Of a stretch of 64,000 bases of DNA, positions 12,205 through 24,478 are shown piece after piece. The position numbers were made by a program, and so were the translations under genes. The DNA comes from Chiloscyllium plagiosum (Eukaryota). Position 1 is the stretch's first letter, and the number at the start of each line of letters is the position of its first letter. The notes under the pieces were generated by a model. It worked only from the letters and a program-made list of their open reading frames with translations. It was not told the origin of the DNA and ran no database searches. The DNA lies in the NCBI RefSeq assembly GCF_004010195.1, contig NC_057718.1, forward strand, positions 35,873,817 to 35,937,816, in the 5' to 3' direction.

Positions 12205-13310
12205 AGAAAAAACATAGAAGATTGGAGCAGGAATAGGCCATTCAACCCCTCGAAATTTCTCTGCCATTCTATATGTTCATTGTTGAGCATCCAGCTCAAT
12301 AGCCTGATCCTGCCCTCCACACACCAAGCCCCCCACCCCAATATCCCTTGATCCCTTTAGCCTCAAGAGCTATATCTCCCTCCTTCTTGAAAATTCATAA
12401 TGTACTGGCCTCAACCACTTTCTGTGATCGTGAATTCTATAGGCTCGCCACTGTTTTGGTGAAGAAATTTCTCCTTATCTGAATCCTAAAAGATTTATCA
12501 TTCAACTTTAAGCTATGACGCCTGGTTCAGGACCCCCAACACCCCATCCCCCCCATCATCGGGAATGTCCTTCCTGCATCTATTCATATCCAGTCCTGTT
12601 ACAATCTTATAGGTTTCTATGAGATCCCACCTTCCCCATTATTCTCCACTGAATGTAATCCTAACTGACTCAAATTCTCCTTGTATGTCAGTCCTGCCAT
12701 CCCAGGAATCAATTTGATAAACCTTTGTTGCACTCCCTCTACAGCAAGAACATTCTTCCTCAGATAAGTAGACCAAAACTGCACACAATATTCTAGGTGT
12801 AGCCTCACCAGTGCCCTGTATTTTTGTACCAAGATATTCCTATTGCTGTACTTGACTCCTCTCGCTGTGAAGGCCAACTTACAGTTTGCCTTCTTTACTG
12901 ACTCTTGCTCCTGCATACTTAGGTTCAGCGACTGATGCCCGAGGACACCCAGGTCTTAATAAATATTGCCTTTCACAATTTACAACTGTTCCAATAATAA
13001 TCTGCCTTCCCATTTTTGCTACCAAAATGGATAACCTCATATGTATCCACATTTACTGCATCCACCGCACATTTGTCCACTCAGCTGGTCCAAATCACAC
13101 TGCAACATCTTTTAATCTTCCTCACAGCTCATCTTTTGCAGCTTAGTGCTATCTGCAAATTGTGAGGTATATTTAATTCCCTCATCTAAATCATTAACAT
13201 ACATTGTGAACAGCTGGAGTCCTAGTACCAGTCGCTGCAGTACCCCACTAGCCATTCAGAACAAGACTCATTTATTCCGACTCTTTGTCTCCTGTCTGCT
13301 AACCAATTTT
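12205..13310 (-). mobile_element. CR1 LINE fragment
   Basis: ORF 'LVRLHLEYCVQFWSTYLRKNVLAVEGVQQRFIKLIPGM'; CR1 3' tail aacatagaagattggagcaggaataggcc. Confidence 0.85.
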
Positions 13311-13538
13311 CCTTATCCTGAAAGATATTTTTTAGTTGCAATTTACCTTAGCTGAAAAGGAACACCTATAATTTGGCAATAACCTTAGCCAAAATTCACA
13401 ACATTAATTTGGTTAGAGAGTTAGTTATTTACTATGTATTCCAAATGTTAACACAAGTGTTTTGTCAAACAGAATGGTTCATTGTGATGCTGAGAACAAT
13501 ATGTTGGAAGTATTTACACACAATCTGTGTATCACCGT

Positions 13539-13850
13539 GGGCGGCACGGTGGCACAGTGGTTAGCACTGCTGCCTCACAGCGCCAGAGACCCGGGTTCAA
13601 TTCCCGACTCAGGCGACTGACTGTGGAGTTTGCACGTTCTCCCCGTGTCTGCGTGGGTTTCCTCCGGGTGCTCCAGTTTCCTCCCACAGTCCAAAGATGT
13701 GCAGGTCAGGTGAATTAGCCAGGCTAAATTGCCCATAGTGTTAGGTAAAAGGGATTAATGTAGGGGAATGGGTGGGTTGCGCTTCGGTGGGTCGGTGTGG
13801 ACTTGTTGGGCCGAAGGGCCTGTTTCCGCACTGTAAGTAATCTAATCTAA
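13539..13850 (+). mobile_element. HE1-like tRNA-derived SINE, full length
   Basis: gggcggcacggtggcacagtggttagc (A box), gggttcaattccc (B box), central domain, CR1-like tail ending in (taatc)n. Confidence 0.93.
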
Positions 13851-14059
13851 TTCCAAGTCTGAAGACCTAATGTAGTGTTGACCACAAAACTGGACTTTGC
13901 GTTGTGTAGGAGAATATTGCCAAGTGACCTTACTGTGGTGTCAAATATCATGCCATATCCTGTCATACTATGTTCCACACTTGAAAAAAACGTCAGTGAA
14001 GGATATGTCACCCTTAGTTGCCAAAGTTTCCATGATGGATTGTAAAAATGGATCTACAA

Positions 14060-14640
14060 AGAAGAACATAAATTTTGTAGCACAGGAACGTGCCATTTGG
14101 TTCAAATGAACAGAGCCGCTATTTTTAATTTATTTATGGCCTCATTCATTCTTCCCATCCTGCCATATCCTTCTATTCCCTCTCCCTCCTTTATCCATCA
14201 AGTTTGCCTTTAAATACAGAAGTATCTCAGTGACAGGTAGTTCTGCCTTCACATTCACAATGGGTTAAGAATCTCCTCAAATTCTTCATTTGATTGGTTT
14301 GAAGTTAGTTTATATTTATGCTATCCTGTTCTGTGGTCACCTACAGGTCTAAGTATTTCTCCACATGTACCCTATTATCTCTCTCAAATGTTAAAGGTTC
14401 CGAACATATCAACTACCAGTTTTATCTTTTCCAGATGAAAGGCCCAAAGACCTGTTAATATTTCCTTATAGTTACAGCATCCCAATTCTGCTAACAACCT
14501 TGGAACATACTCTGCCATTTCCTGGTGGTTTGATTTATATTTATTGTGATATATAATGCAGAACTGCAAACACTGCTCTCAGTGGTACTTAACCAGGTTT
14601 GGAATAGGTGTCATATTACCTTCCCCGTTGTCACGTTCTA
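14060..14640 (-). mobile_element. Ancient CR1 3' fragment
   Basis: Degraded gcacagga...gccatt tail and cagaactgca...tgctc motif similar to the younger copies. Confidence 0.5.
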
Positions 14641-14844
14641 ATTAGCCCCAGTACTTTGTACACTTAAACGGCTTCTTTGGGAGGCTCTTGTCACGCAGAA
14701 GTAGTGCCCCTACCACTGGACAGAGACAATCACCTGATCCAGAACTGTCTGATAACATCGCTAAACAAGTTGGTTAGAAAAATAGGTTGAAAAGTACGTT
14801 ACTTGTAGTGGGATAGGATGACCTTGACATTGCATTCTGCTCCA

Positions 14845-15051
14845 TGATTTGGAGATGCCGGTGTTGGACTGTGATGTATAAAGTTAAAAATCACACAACA
14901 CCAGGTTATAGTCCAACAGGTTTATTTGGAAGCACTAGCTTTCAGAGCGCTGCTCCTTCATCAGGTGGCTGTGCAGAAGGAGCAGGGCTCCGAAAGCTAG
15001 TACTTCCAAATAAACTGTTGGACTATAAACTGGTGTTGTGTGATTTTTAAC
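14845..15051. mobile_element. Penelope-like family A hairpin insertion with 14-bp TSD
   Basis: Inverted arms about 14883-14960 and 14977-15051; TSD tgcattctgctcca (14831-14844) and tgtattctgctcca (15052-15065). Confidence 0.9.
14933..14967 (-). ncRNA. Minimal type I hammerhead ribozyme motif (PLE family A)
   Basis: Minus strand CAC-CTGATGA-A-GGAGC-AGC-GCTCT-GAAA-GCTA-GTG: intact core, stem II with one G-U pair, stem I CAC/GTG. Confidence 0.75.
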
Positions 15052-15069
15052 TGTATTCTGCTCCACGTG

Positions 15070-15760
15070 AACTGTATCGTGTAATTTGTTGGAATAAAAC
15101 ACAATCACAAACACCGGGGTTTTGAAGTGCTGACGGTGAGAATCATTAATAACTTTCTTTCTTGTGAGGCACTTCTTTTAATATTGTAAAACTTCCGCGT
15201 TCCATTTAAAATTTAAAAAGTCCCACTTGTCCATAGAGAAATTGAGAAGTAATACGTGGACATTCTAAAGATAAATTTTAGTTTACACAAATTACTCAGA
15301 CATACGTTCACACATTTTCCAGTGTGATCTAACCACACATCCTAACAATTGGCTGGCACCACGTTCATCGTTTTCAAAACAAAAATCTTGGCAGGATCAA
15401 ATTGGAACAGCAGGTCCATTTAACAGCGCATTGGCCCTTCCTTATAAACAGGATGTCGCTGTATGGGCACGAATATATGTTGCAGGGGAAAAAACCGTCA
15501 AAGAATTAATTTGACGTCGGATGTAGCAGGAAATACCCAAAGGATCGGCGAACTTTGACCCAGAAATCATGATGTACGGCGGGCTGTGTTCACTCGGGCA
15601 GCGATGTTCCTCTGAGCAGGTTATTTACTAATGACGCAGCACTTCAATGAACACACTCAGTACAAACGGAAAAGGGGCAGTGACTACTTCATCTCTTAAT
15701 TACGTTTACCCGAAGCGCGGATCTCTCTGCGGGGATTACCTTCTGGTCTATTTACTCAAC
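15070..15760. promoter_or_regulatory. CpG-retaining unique region with CCAAT-, TATA- and CRE-like motifs
   Basis: Many CpGs; attgg near 15430 followed by tataaa near 15443; tgacgtc near 15512; tgacgca near 15632. Confidence 0.35.
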
Positions 15761-15779
15761 ACCGAGGTTTTAATGAGAA

Positions 15780-15842
15780 ACAAAAACAGAAGTTGCTGGA
15801 AAAGCTCAGAAGATCTGGCAGCATCTGTGAAGAGAAATCGGA
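15780..15842 (-). mobile_element. Short Penelope-like family D fragment with 13-bp TSD
   Basis: gttttaatgagaa at 15767-15779 and 15843-15855 flanks aaaacagaagttgctggaaaagctcag...ggcagcatctgtg. Confidence 0.7.
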
Positions 15843-15977
15843 GTTTTAATGAGAACCCCCTCTTATATACTATTAAATGGTAGACAATGAAAGACGGGAA
15901 AAATCATTTAACTCCCTCATATATCCATTCAATCACCAAAACAAAAGGGTCGATCTGGAGATAAATGCGATCTTTGA

Positions 15978-16315
15978 CTCCCTACGGTGTAGTAAACAGG
16001 CCATTGGACTCTACAAGTCCACACCGATTCTCGGAAGAGAATCCCACCCAGACTCACCCCCCTCTCCCCCACACTCTATAACTCTGTATTCCCAATGGCT
16101 AATCCACCTAACCTACACATCCCTGGATACTATGGGTAATTTAGCATGGCAAATCCACCTAACTTGCCCATCTTGGACTGTGGGAGGAAACGGGAGCACT
16201 CGAAGACCCACACTGACACGGGGAGAATGTGCAAACTCCACACACAGTCGCCCGAGGATGGAATTGAACTCAGGTCCCTGGCGCTGTGAGTCAGCTAATT
16301 ACTGAGTCACTGTGT
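15978..16315 (-). mobile_element. HE1-like SINE
   Basis: Reverse complement of the 13539-13850 family (gggagaatgtgcaaactccacac, ccctggcgctgtgag). Confidence 0.88.
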
Positions 16316-17591
16316 CGATCTTATAATTTAAAAAATCTTTTCCATACTTGACTAGAGGATGGATTACTGTAAAATTACGAATTGAACAAGTCTAGGAAAG
16401 AATGTCTATTGAAGCTTGACTTGTGATAGCAACAGATAATGCTTCTGGAAATGGGAATGAAGAGATTGATCTCAGACTATCTGATACTTCTAGACGTTCC
16501 CCCTGCTGCTCAACGACCCTACACAATATTGTAAATTATCCTGATGGTTGTTCACACATTACGGAATCGGACTGAAATGATGACTATCACGGATACACGA
16601 GTATTTCAAAATATCCCCATTCTGTTGGCAATGAATGAGCATGTAAATGACCGTCTATGCTAATGCACTATTTTATTTTATAAACCAACCTTGTACTAAT
16701 GAATATCGATATTATACATTTAACGTTGGCTAGTGGGTGAATACATGCTTTAACAGCATGTAGCAACAATATGGCATTTTCAACATGTGAAAGGCATTTT
16801 GGTGTGCTAGCTGCTTCATTCCTCCCATTTACATTTTCAATGTCTTAAACTGTACCACAAATAAAGTCTGCATAGGCCCCTTTAACATTGAAGCAGCTGT
16901 GAAATTATAACCACCAAGAAGTCTAGATCTTGTGTTGCAAATATTATTTTCGCATTAAATAATAAATAAGGAAAGGCTTCTCTCTGGTCGCCGTCCTTTC
17001 CTTAAACTTTAATTTCATGTTTTGATGTATTTTTTAATCCAAATCAATTCAAAGAAACAAAGAAGAGCAGCTTTCAGAAAGTCCCGAGTGTGGGAGAAAT
17101 GTTGTGGTGTACAGATGGTAAGAAATGTATTGTTTTTATGATCAAGCTGTTAGGCTTAACTGAATATGTAACGACAGAAGCGGGGGTTGGACACCGCTGT
17201 AACCACTTGTGCGAATATAAGGAGTGACCAATATATTCTATATTCGTTGTACAATGTAGAATAAACCAAACCTTCGGCAAAATTCCCTTGTACAAAAAAA
17301 ACTGCCCCTTCGATTTTGGAAAACGCTGTGCGGACAAATTTCTAATATATTTACATTGTGTTATCTATTGATCTGTTACAATTTTTAAAAAAAAAACGTC
17401 AGGCATAAGTGAATTTCACCGTCACGAAAAGTGTCTGACTGCTATTGTGTTCATGTTTTCAAATACTGGCGGTGAGATTTGTTTGGTGTAATTTTCGTCC
17501 TTTGGGAATGAACTAACTTCATGGTTCAGTCGATTCAAAACAGTTACAATTCGTCAGTATTTCGAAATCTCATTGGGCCACCTATAAGTAT

Positions 17592-17766
17592 CCAGGGAAC
17601 AGGAGAATCGACGTTTCGGGCATAAGCCCTTCTTCAGGAATTCCTGAAGAAGGGCTTATGCCCGAAACGTCGATTCTCCTGTTCCCTGGATGCTGCCTGA
17701 CCTGCTGCGCTTTTCCAGCAACACATTTCCAGCTCTGATCTCCAGCATCTGCAGACCTCACTTTCT
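17592..17766. mobile_element. Penelope-like family B palindromic insertion with 14-bp TSD
   Basis: Perfect palindrome 17590-17691; TSD ccacctataagtat at 17578-17591 and 17767-17780; repeat matches the terminus of the GIY-YIG element at 36844-37415. Confidence 0.92.
17641..17675 (+). ncRNA. Hammerhead ribozyme motif (PLE family B); mirror copy on the minus strand at 17606-17640
   Basis: TTC-CTGAAGA-A-GGGC-TTAT-GCCC-GAAA-CGTC-GATT. Confidence 0.7.
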
Positions 17767-17933
17767 CCACCTATAAGTATGGCCTGCGATCCTTCCATTA
17801 AAATGGAACAGTGGCCCTTCATCTCTTGATTTTATTTGGCAAGATAGAGGTTTCATGCCAATTATTCTGTTTGGATCTATTTGTTTAGTTGTTAAACTTC
17901 CATGAAGTGAATCACATTTTCCCTGTGAATTGC

Positions 17934-18030
17934 TCCACAACCGCCTGATGAAGGAGCTGCGCTCCCCAAGCTAGTGCTTCCCAAATAAACCTGTTGGACC
18001 ACAACCCGGTATTGTTTGATTTTTAACTTT
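17934..18030 (+). mobile_element. Penelope-like family A single terminal repeat
   Basis: cctgatgaaggagctgcgctccccaagctagtgc...gatttttaac; approximate TSD tcc(c/a)tgtgaattg; GAAA core mutated. Confidence 0.8.
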
Positions 18031-19611
18031 ATCCATGTGAATTGTTATCAGTAAGTACGGAGCACAAGTAAAATTGTGATAGTAGCTGTGTTGAACGTGA
18101 CCTGTTCCTTCACACTTCATTGGGATTTGTTCTTCAGACTATTGGTTTTGATAATAAACTTTTTAAGAATCAGGATATTCACTTGGCTTGAAGGAAGCAC
18201 CACGCAGGAAGCCACCGACCTCTGCTGTTCTGGAACTACAATCAAACACCCTACAATCAAACTCCGTTTAGGCACTATAATCCGAGGTGATGTCCAGATG
18301 ATTTTACATCTTCGTTAAATGAACGAACGCTGGATATCTGACACACGCGCAGGCAGGTGGGACTAGTTTAGTTTGGGATTATGTTTGACATGGACTGGTT
18401 GAACCGAAGGGTCTGTTTCCATGCTGAATGACTCGATGACTGAAACATCACCTCGTAATCTCACAATCTGTTCAGCACATTGTTCTGCCACTTGCATGAC
18501 TAGTAATAACGTTTTTGGATTTTAGCCAATACCTTGCACTCCAAGAAAAATGCAATTGACTATTGTACTGACTTTAACAGAAAGTAATTTTGTTAATCTC
18601 AAAACGCTTTGCAGTTGAACGAGGTTCGAGATTCTATTTTCGACCACGAATTTCATCTTGTCCGATATTGCTTAGATTTATTGTCAAAGTGTATTTACAT
18701 GTGTGAAATTATGTATATTAAAATATTGGTACACTCACTACATTTCAAAACGCTTAATTGGTTCCTTCGGACAGTACTGGGGCCGTAAAATGCATTGTAT
18801 ATCTTCTGTATTATGATTTCACATGCTTCTGCCTGGTTTAATAACTACAGTTAGGTGATGTGTAAAGCTGACCAACTTTATTACTGGAACTTAACACCAA
18901 TGGCTCTGAAGTATGAATGTAAGCTTACAGAAACCCAAAGAGAATTGTAAAGGACGGCGTAAAGTGGGAACACAGGAATAAGTTTGAAAGCGGGAGAGGG
19001 AGTGACCAAAATGTGTATTCTGATACTACAAGTTTTCTTTAATTCAAAGACTTACTTTATTCATAAATTATCTGTAAGTAAATACAACAGGTACAAACCA
19101 AGTCTACACAGACTTTGCAGAAATGTTGACATTCCTCATTACAGCTTCAATCCAGTTGCAACAAAAAAAGACATTTTTTAACCATGAAAGGAAACTATCT
19201 ACATCCCCATTAAGGCAATGAGGGGATCCCAAAATGTAACAGGCCCTCATTACACTTTGGCACAAACTGCAAGTGCTGTGAGGTAACGGCAGGCCAGAGC
19301 ACTCAGTAGGAAGCAAATTTCAGTCAGAGCCCAGGTGTCAAAGCGGTCATTCACTGGATAGTCAGAAGATTGGAAAGAAGATTAAATGAAACACAAAGAA
19401 CGACTAAAAGATTAATAAGAAGGAAAAAGAAATAGAGTATCAGGAAAAGCTAACCTGAAATATTTTAAAAAACAGTTTGTAAGAGTGTCTGCAGAGACTA
19501 AAAAAATGAACAAATTGAGCATGGGTCCTTCAGAAAGTGAGCCTGGGGAATTAAGAATGGAAAATAAGCAGATGACAGATGAATTAATTAGATGTTTTGC
19601 GTCAGCCATAA

Positions 19612-21080
19612 GAGTATAAGACCATAAGATACTGGAGCAGAATTAGCCCATGGCTGACATGTTTCTCAACTCCATTCTCCTACCTTCTCTTTTGATCCCC
19701 TTACAATCAAGAACCCATGTATCTTTTTCTTACATACACACAAAGACTTGGCCTCCACAGTCTTCTGTGGCAATGGTTCCACAGATTCACTACCGTTTGT
19801 TTCCTCCTCAGCTCAGTTCTAAAGGGTCATTCCTGCACTCTGCGGTTGGGTCCTGGTCTCTCTTACTCTTGGAAACATCTTCTCCACAACCACTCTATTC
19901 AAGTCTCTCAGTTTTATATGAACAGTTTGTATCCCCCTCACAACCTGCCTTTTCACCTACTTTTGTGGTGTCTGCAAATTTGGCCACAGTACATTTATTT
20001 CTTTCCTCAAAGTCATTCATATATATTATAAACAATTGCTGGCCCAACATTGATCCTTGTGAACCCTCACTGGTCACCAACCTGAAACAGATTTTATTTG
20101 CACTCACTGTTTCCTGCCCATGAGCCAACCTTCTATCCATGCCAATATACTACTTCCAACAAGATGGGTCTTATCTTTTGTGAGGTACCTTGTTGAACAC
20201 CTTCTAGAACTCCAAAAACAATACATCTACTGGTTTCCCTCTATCCACTCTGGTTGAGATTTCCTTGAAAAACTCTGATAAATTATTCAGACATGATTTC
20301 CCTTTCATGAACCCATTCTGATTCTGCTTGATTATATTATGATATTCCAAATGTTCTGCAATTACTTCTTTAATAATTGATTTCAATACTTTTCCAACAG
20401 TACATGTCAGGCCACTCAGCCTATTGTTACCCTCTTTTTGCCTCCCTTCACTTTTGAATAGGCAGTTAATAGTCATTAACAGTTTTCCAATCCTCAGGTA
20501 TTTCTCCAGAATCCAACAATTTTTGGAAAATTACAACATCAGGATTCTAGGAGACAAACCAGCAGATCCAGGGGACTTACCTGCCTTTCGCCCCATTAGT
20601 TTGTCTAGTGTTTGCGACGGTATTCAATTCCTTCCCTATATTCTTTAGCATTATTAGGATGTTTGAAGTATCTAGCACTGTTTAAAAACTAATGAAAAAA
20701 TATTTTAACTCCTCTGCCATTTCATTGTTCCCAAAACCTTCTCCCCAGATACATATTTTTAAGGGGCCTATGTTTGCTTTGACCTCTCTCTTCAATTTTG
20801 TAAACTTAACTAAGCTCTTGTTGTCAGTTTGTTTTTGTAGATTATTTTCTCAGACTTTATTATCTTTTTTGCCCTCCTTTGCTGGATTCTGAATTTATCC
20901 CAGTCTTCAGTGCTATCTCTGGCTTTGGCCTCCATATACGCTTTTTCTTTCAACTTAATATCTCCTTAACACCCTTGGTTAGCCATGGGTTGGTTTATCC
21001 CTCTCTTCCTCCTTACTGACGATATATTTTTGGTAAGAGTCATGAATTTCCTCCTTACATGCCTGCCACTGCTTGCTTAT
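19612..21080 (-). mobile_element. CR1 LINE fragment with internal deletions
   Basis: ORFs 'VAKFADTTKVG', 'QNGFMKGKSCLNNLSEFF'; tail ataagaccataaga. Confidence 0.85.
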
Positions 21081-21724
21081 TGTGACTATCTTAAACTAAA
21101 CAGTTGGCCATATGGGACAGAGATGAGAATACTTTCCTCGTAAAAAATCATGAGTCTTTGAAACTTTCTTCATCGAAAGGCAATGCAAGTAGAATTCAAG
21201 CACAGTGATGAACTGTTATTGGGATGGGGAGGAATTTGGAGTAATCAGAAAAACAGAGCAGACTTGATGGACTGTGTGACCTCCTTCTGTTCCTAATCCA
21301 AATGTTCATATGGCAAACATCTTGTTGCAAGTGAACAGGCATTGTTAGTGAATAGTAATGAACAGAAAAAGGATTTGCATTTATTTTGTAATTTACACAA
21401 TCACTCAAATATGCTGCAGAAGGGATAGGAAGGACACCTTTTTAATACTTTCATAAGGCAACACACACCACCACATATACATTAAAACACACATGAAAGC
21501 TCTGGAAGCAATGCGTTATTTACTCTTGTATTGCATTAGTCGCCTTGAATGATGTAATCATGTTTTTATTTCTTTCCTATTAAGGAATATAAACTGGTTG
21601 CAGTGAAGTCCTGTGTACTAGATTTGTCTCATGGATGAATGTTGAAAAAGACATTGGTATCCTGACAGAAGAAATGCACTTGGCCACTTATCATTACTAC
21701 AATTTAAAAAAAAACACAGGAAAG

Positions 21725-22415
21725 ATGGTAGAGAAGATGAGTTGTCACAGCTGTGACATGTGGGATCTGGTGGACACAGGGAGGAATAGAAATTATGAGG
21801 TCCAGAGCAACTCTTAGTCCTAAACTAGGCTCTGGCCCTGACTCAAGTACAGCAAGTCCCTTAAAGCTGTGGGCCCTGGTTATTGGGTCCTGATGTACCC
21901 TCCTGTTTTCAGCCTTGGATGAACATGAGTATGATACACTATATCATATCACTAGTAACTGCCGGATGCTCAAGGAATGTTGGCTCGGAGTTGATGAATT
22001 GGTGTCCAATCTTTGAATACTGCAAAGCATCAGGGAGGGGAAAAGTTATCTGAACACTTTGTTCCAGGAGGCAACGAAAATCCGAAGACTGGGTACAACT
22101 GACTTGATCCATGACCTGACAGGATGGCGTAATGGTAAGTAAGTTAGATATGGGAAGCTCGAGGATAGCAATGGAAGAGAAGACACTGCAATTGTTCGCA
22201 AGTTTAAGATTCTAGCAGCTCATGTGGGTTAGAGTAGAAACTGCAAGCACATGGTCAAACTGATTACAACACTGTGGAGCAGGGAGCCATTCAAGTGAGG
22301 GGAATAAGAAGGAATGCAATTGCAGTAGCAGACTATTATTAGGGGGATGCACTCTACTCTCAGCAGCAGAGAATATATATTCCAAACGGTGTTGCCAGTC
22401 CATTTCCATGTTTCA
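21725..22415 (+). mobile_element. CR1 5' region, ORF1 remnant (zinc finger/leucine zipper plus esterase-like)
   Basis: 'MSCHSCDMWDLVD', 'IREGKSYLNTLFQE', and a degenerate V-GDS-IRG...CLP segment at about 22320-22400 typical of CR1 ORF1. Confidence 0.55.
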
Positions 22416-22428
22416 GGATGCTTTTCTG

Positions 22429-22558
22429 GGTTAGCACTGTTGCCTCACAGTGCCAGGGACCTGGGTTTGATTTCTGCCTCGGGCCATTGTCTGTGTGGAG
22501 TTTGCACATTCTCCCTGTGTCTGCGTGGGTTTTCTCCGGGTGCTCCCATTTCCTCCCA
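22429..22558 (+). mobile_element. HE1-like SINE 5' half
   Basis: ggttagcactgttgcctcacagtgccagggacctgggtttga...tttcctccca. Confidence 0.85.
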
Positions 22559-24345
22559 GGTAGAGTTCAGAAAAGATTTACAAGGATGTTGCCAGGGTTG
22601 GAGGATCTGAGCTACAGGGAGAGGCTGAACAGGCTAGGGCTGTTTTCCCTGGAGCATCGGAGGCTGAGGGGTGACCTCAGGTTTACAAAATTATGAGAGG
22701 CATGGATAGAGTAAATAGGCAAAGTCTTTTCCCTGGGGTCGGGTAGTCCAGAACTAGAGGGCATAGGTTTAGGGTGAGAGGGGAAAGATACAAAAGAGAC
22801 CTAAGGGGTAACTTTTTCACGCAAAGGGTGGTATTCTTTGGAGTCTATAAGGATGAGAAGTGATCCCATTGAAACAATCAGTATTATAAAGGGCTTGACA
22901 GGATAGATATTGAGACTTTGTTGTCCTCGACTGAAAATCTAGTACAAGAGGTTGCGGTTTCTGGATCAGGGGCCAACATTGAGGACTGAGATAAGGAGAA
23001 ATTTCTTAATTCGAAGGCTTGGAATTCATTGGAATTGTTATGGACAAAGATGAGGTAGAATTGAAAACTTGTTACCTTCCCTGACTTTTGTAATAAGTGT
23101 GTATTCTGAAAAGGAAGGTTTGTGCATGTCTACCCAGTAAGAATATGGTTAAATTAATCAACTAGCAGCAAGCTTGCATGGGTATCAATAAAGAAAGCTA
23201 TTTATTTGCACCATCACCCTGTATATTTATATGCATACAAGTTAGGACTAGAAGCAAACCATTCAATCCCTTGAGCCTGATCTGCCACTCAATAAGGTCA
23301 CGGCTGATCTGTTTTTGTTTTGCATTCCACATCTTACAAACACCCAATAACCTTTGATTCTTATGCCTAACAAGAATCTATCTATCCCCATTTTAAAACT
23401 ATTCAATGACTTGGATGTGAATATAGGAGGCATGGTTACTAAGATTGCAGATGACACCAAAATGGATGGTGGAGTGGACAGTGAAGAAGATTATCTCAGA
23501 GTACATTGATATTGATCAGATGGGTCAATGGGCTGAGGAGTGGCAGTTGGAGTTTAATTTAGATGAATGTGAGGTGTTGTTAAGGCAACCAGGGCAGGAC
23601 TTATATGCTTATTGGTAAAGCCATAGAAAGGGTTTTCGAACAAAGAGACCGAGGGTTGCAGTTGCATTATTACTTGAAAGTGGAGTCGCAGGTGTCAAGG
23701 TTTGTGAAAAAGGCATTTGGCATGCTTGCCTTCATTGGACAGAACACTGACTACAGAAATTAGGATGTCATGTTGCAGCTGTCCATGACTTTGCTGAGGA
23801 ATACTATGTATAATTCTGGTCACTGGTCAACAGGAAAAATGTTATTAAACTTGAGAGGGTGCAGAAATGATTTACAAGGATGTTTTTGGAACTGGAAAGT
23901 TTGAGTTATAGGGAGAGGCTGAATAGACTGGGACATTTTTCCTTGGAGCGTTGCAGGCTGAGGGATGACCTAATAGAGGTTTATAAAATCGTGAAGGGCA
24001 TAGATAGAGTGAATAACCTAGGTCATTTTCCTAGGATGGGGGAGTCCAAAACTGGAGTGCATAGGTTTAAGGTAAGAGGGGAAAGATTTAAAAAGGATCT
24101 GAGGGGTAACTTTTTCATGTAGGGAGTGGTGTGTGTATGGAACGAGCTGCCAGAGGAAGTGGTGGAGGTGGTACAATAACATAATTGAAATATATCTGGA
24201 TGAGTATATGAATAGGAAGGGTTTAGAGGGTTATGGGGCCAAATGTTGGCAAATGGGACAAGAGTAATTTCGAACATCAGATCAGTGTGGACAAGTTGGA
24301 CCAAAGAGGTTGTTTCTGTGTTGTATAACTCTATGACACTATGAT
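22559..24345 (+). mobile_element. Cluster of CR1/HER1 3' fragments (mostly +, one short minus piece at about 23245-23410)
   Basis: '[30 protein letters not shown]', 'KIADDTK', tail ctctatgacactatga. Confidence 0.85.
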
Positions 24346-24478
24346 TTCATCTCCACTACCTTCTGAAGCAGAGTATTCCAAAGTCAAAAACATTCACCTC
24401 TTCTCTAACCTCAAAGGATGACCACTAATTTTAAAAGTGTCCCCTAATTTGGACTCACTCACAAAAGGAAACATTATT

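Noticed and set aside
13539..13610. tRNA-like A and B boxes
   Set aside because: These are the head of an HE1-like SINE present in six copies, not a tRNA gene.
17079..17125. Possible micro-exon ending in G|GTAAGA
   Set aside because: The acceptor lacks a pyrimidine tract and no partner exons were found.
17590..17691. Palindromic repeats as a CRISPR array, terminator or miRNA gene
   Set aside because: Eukaryotic context, dispersed copies with TSDs, no repeat-spacer periodicity; explained by PLE terminal repeats.
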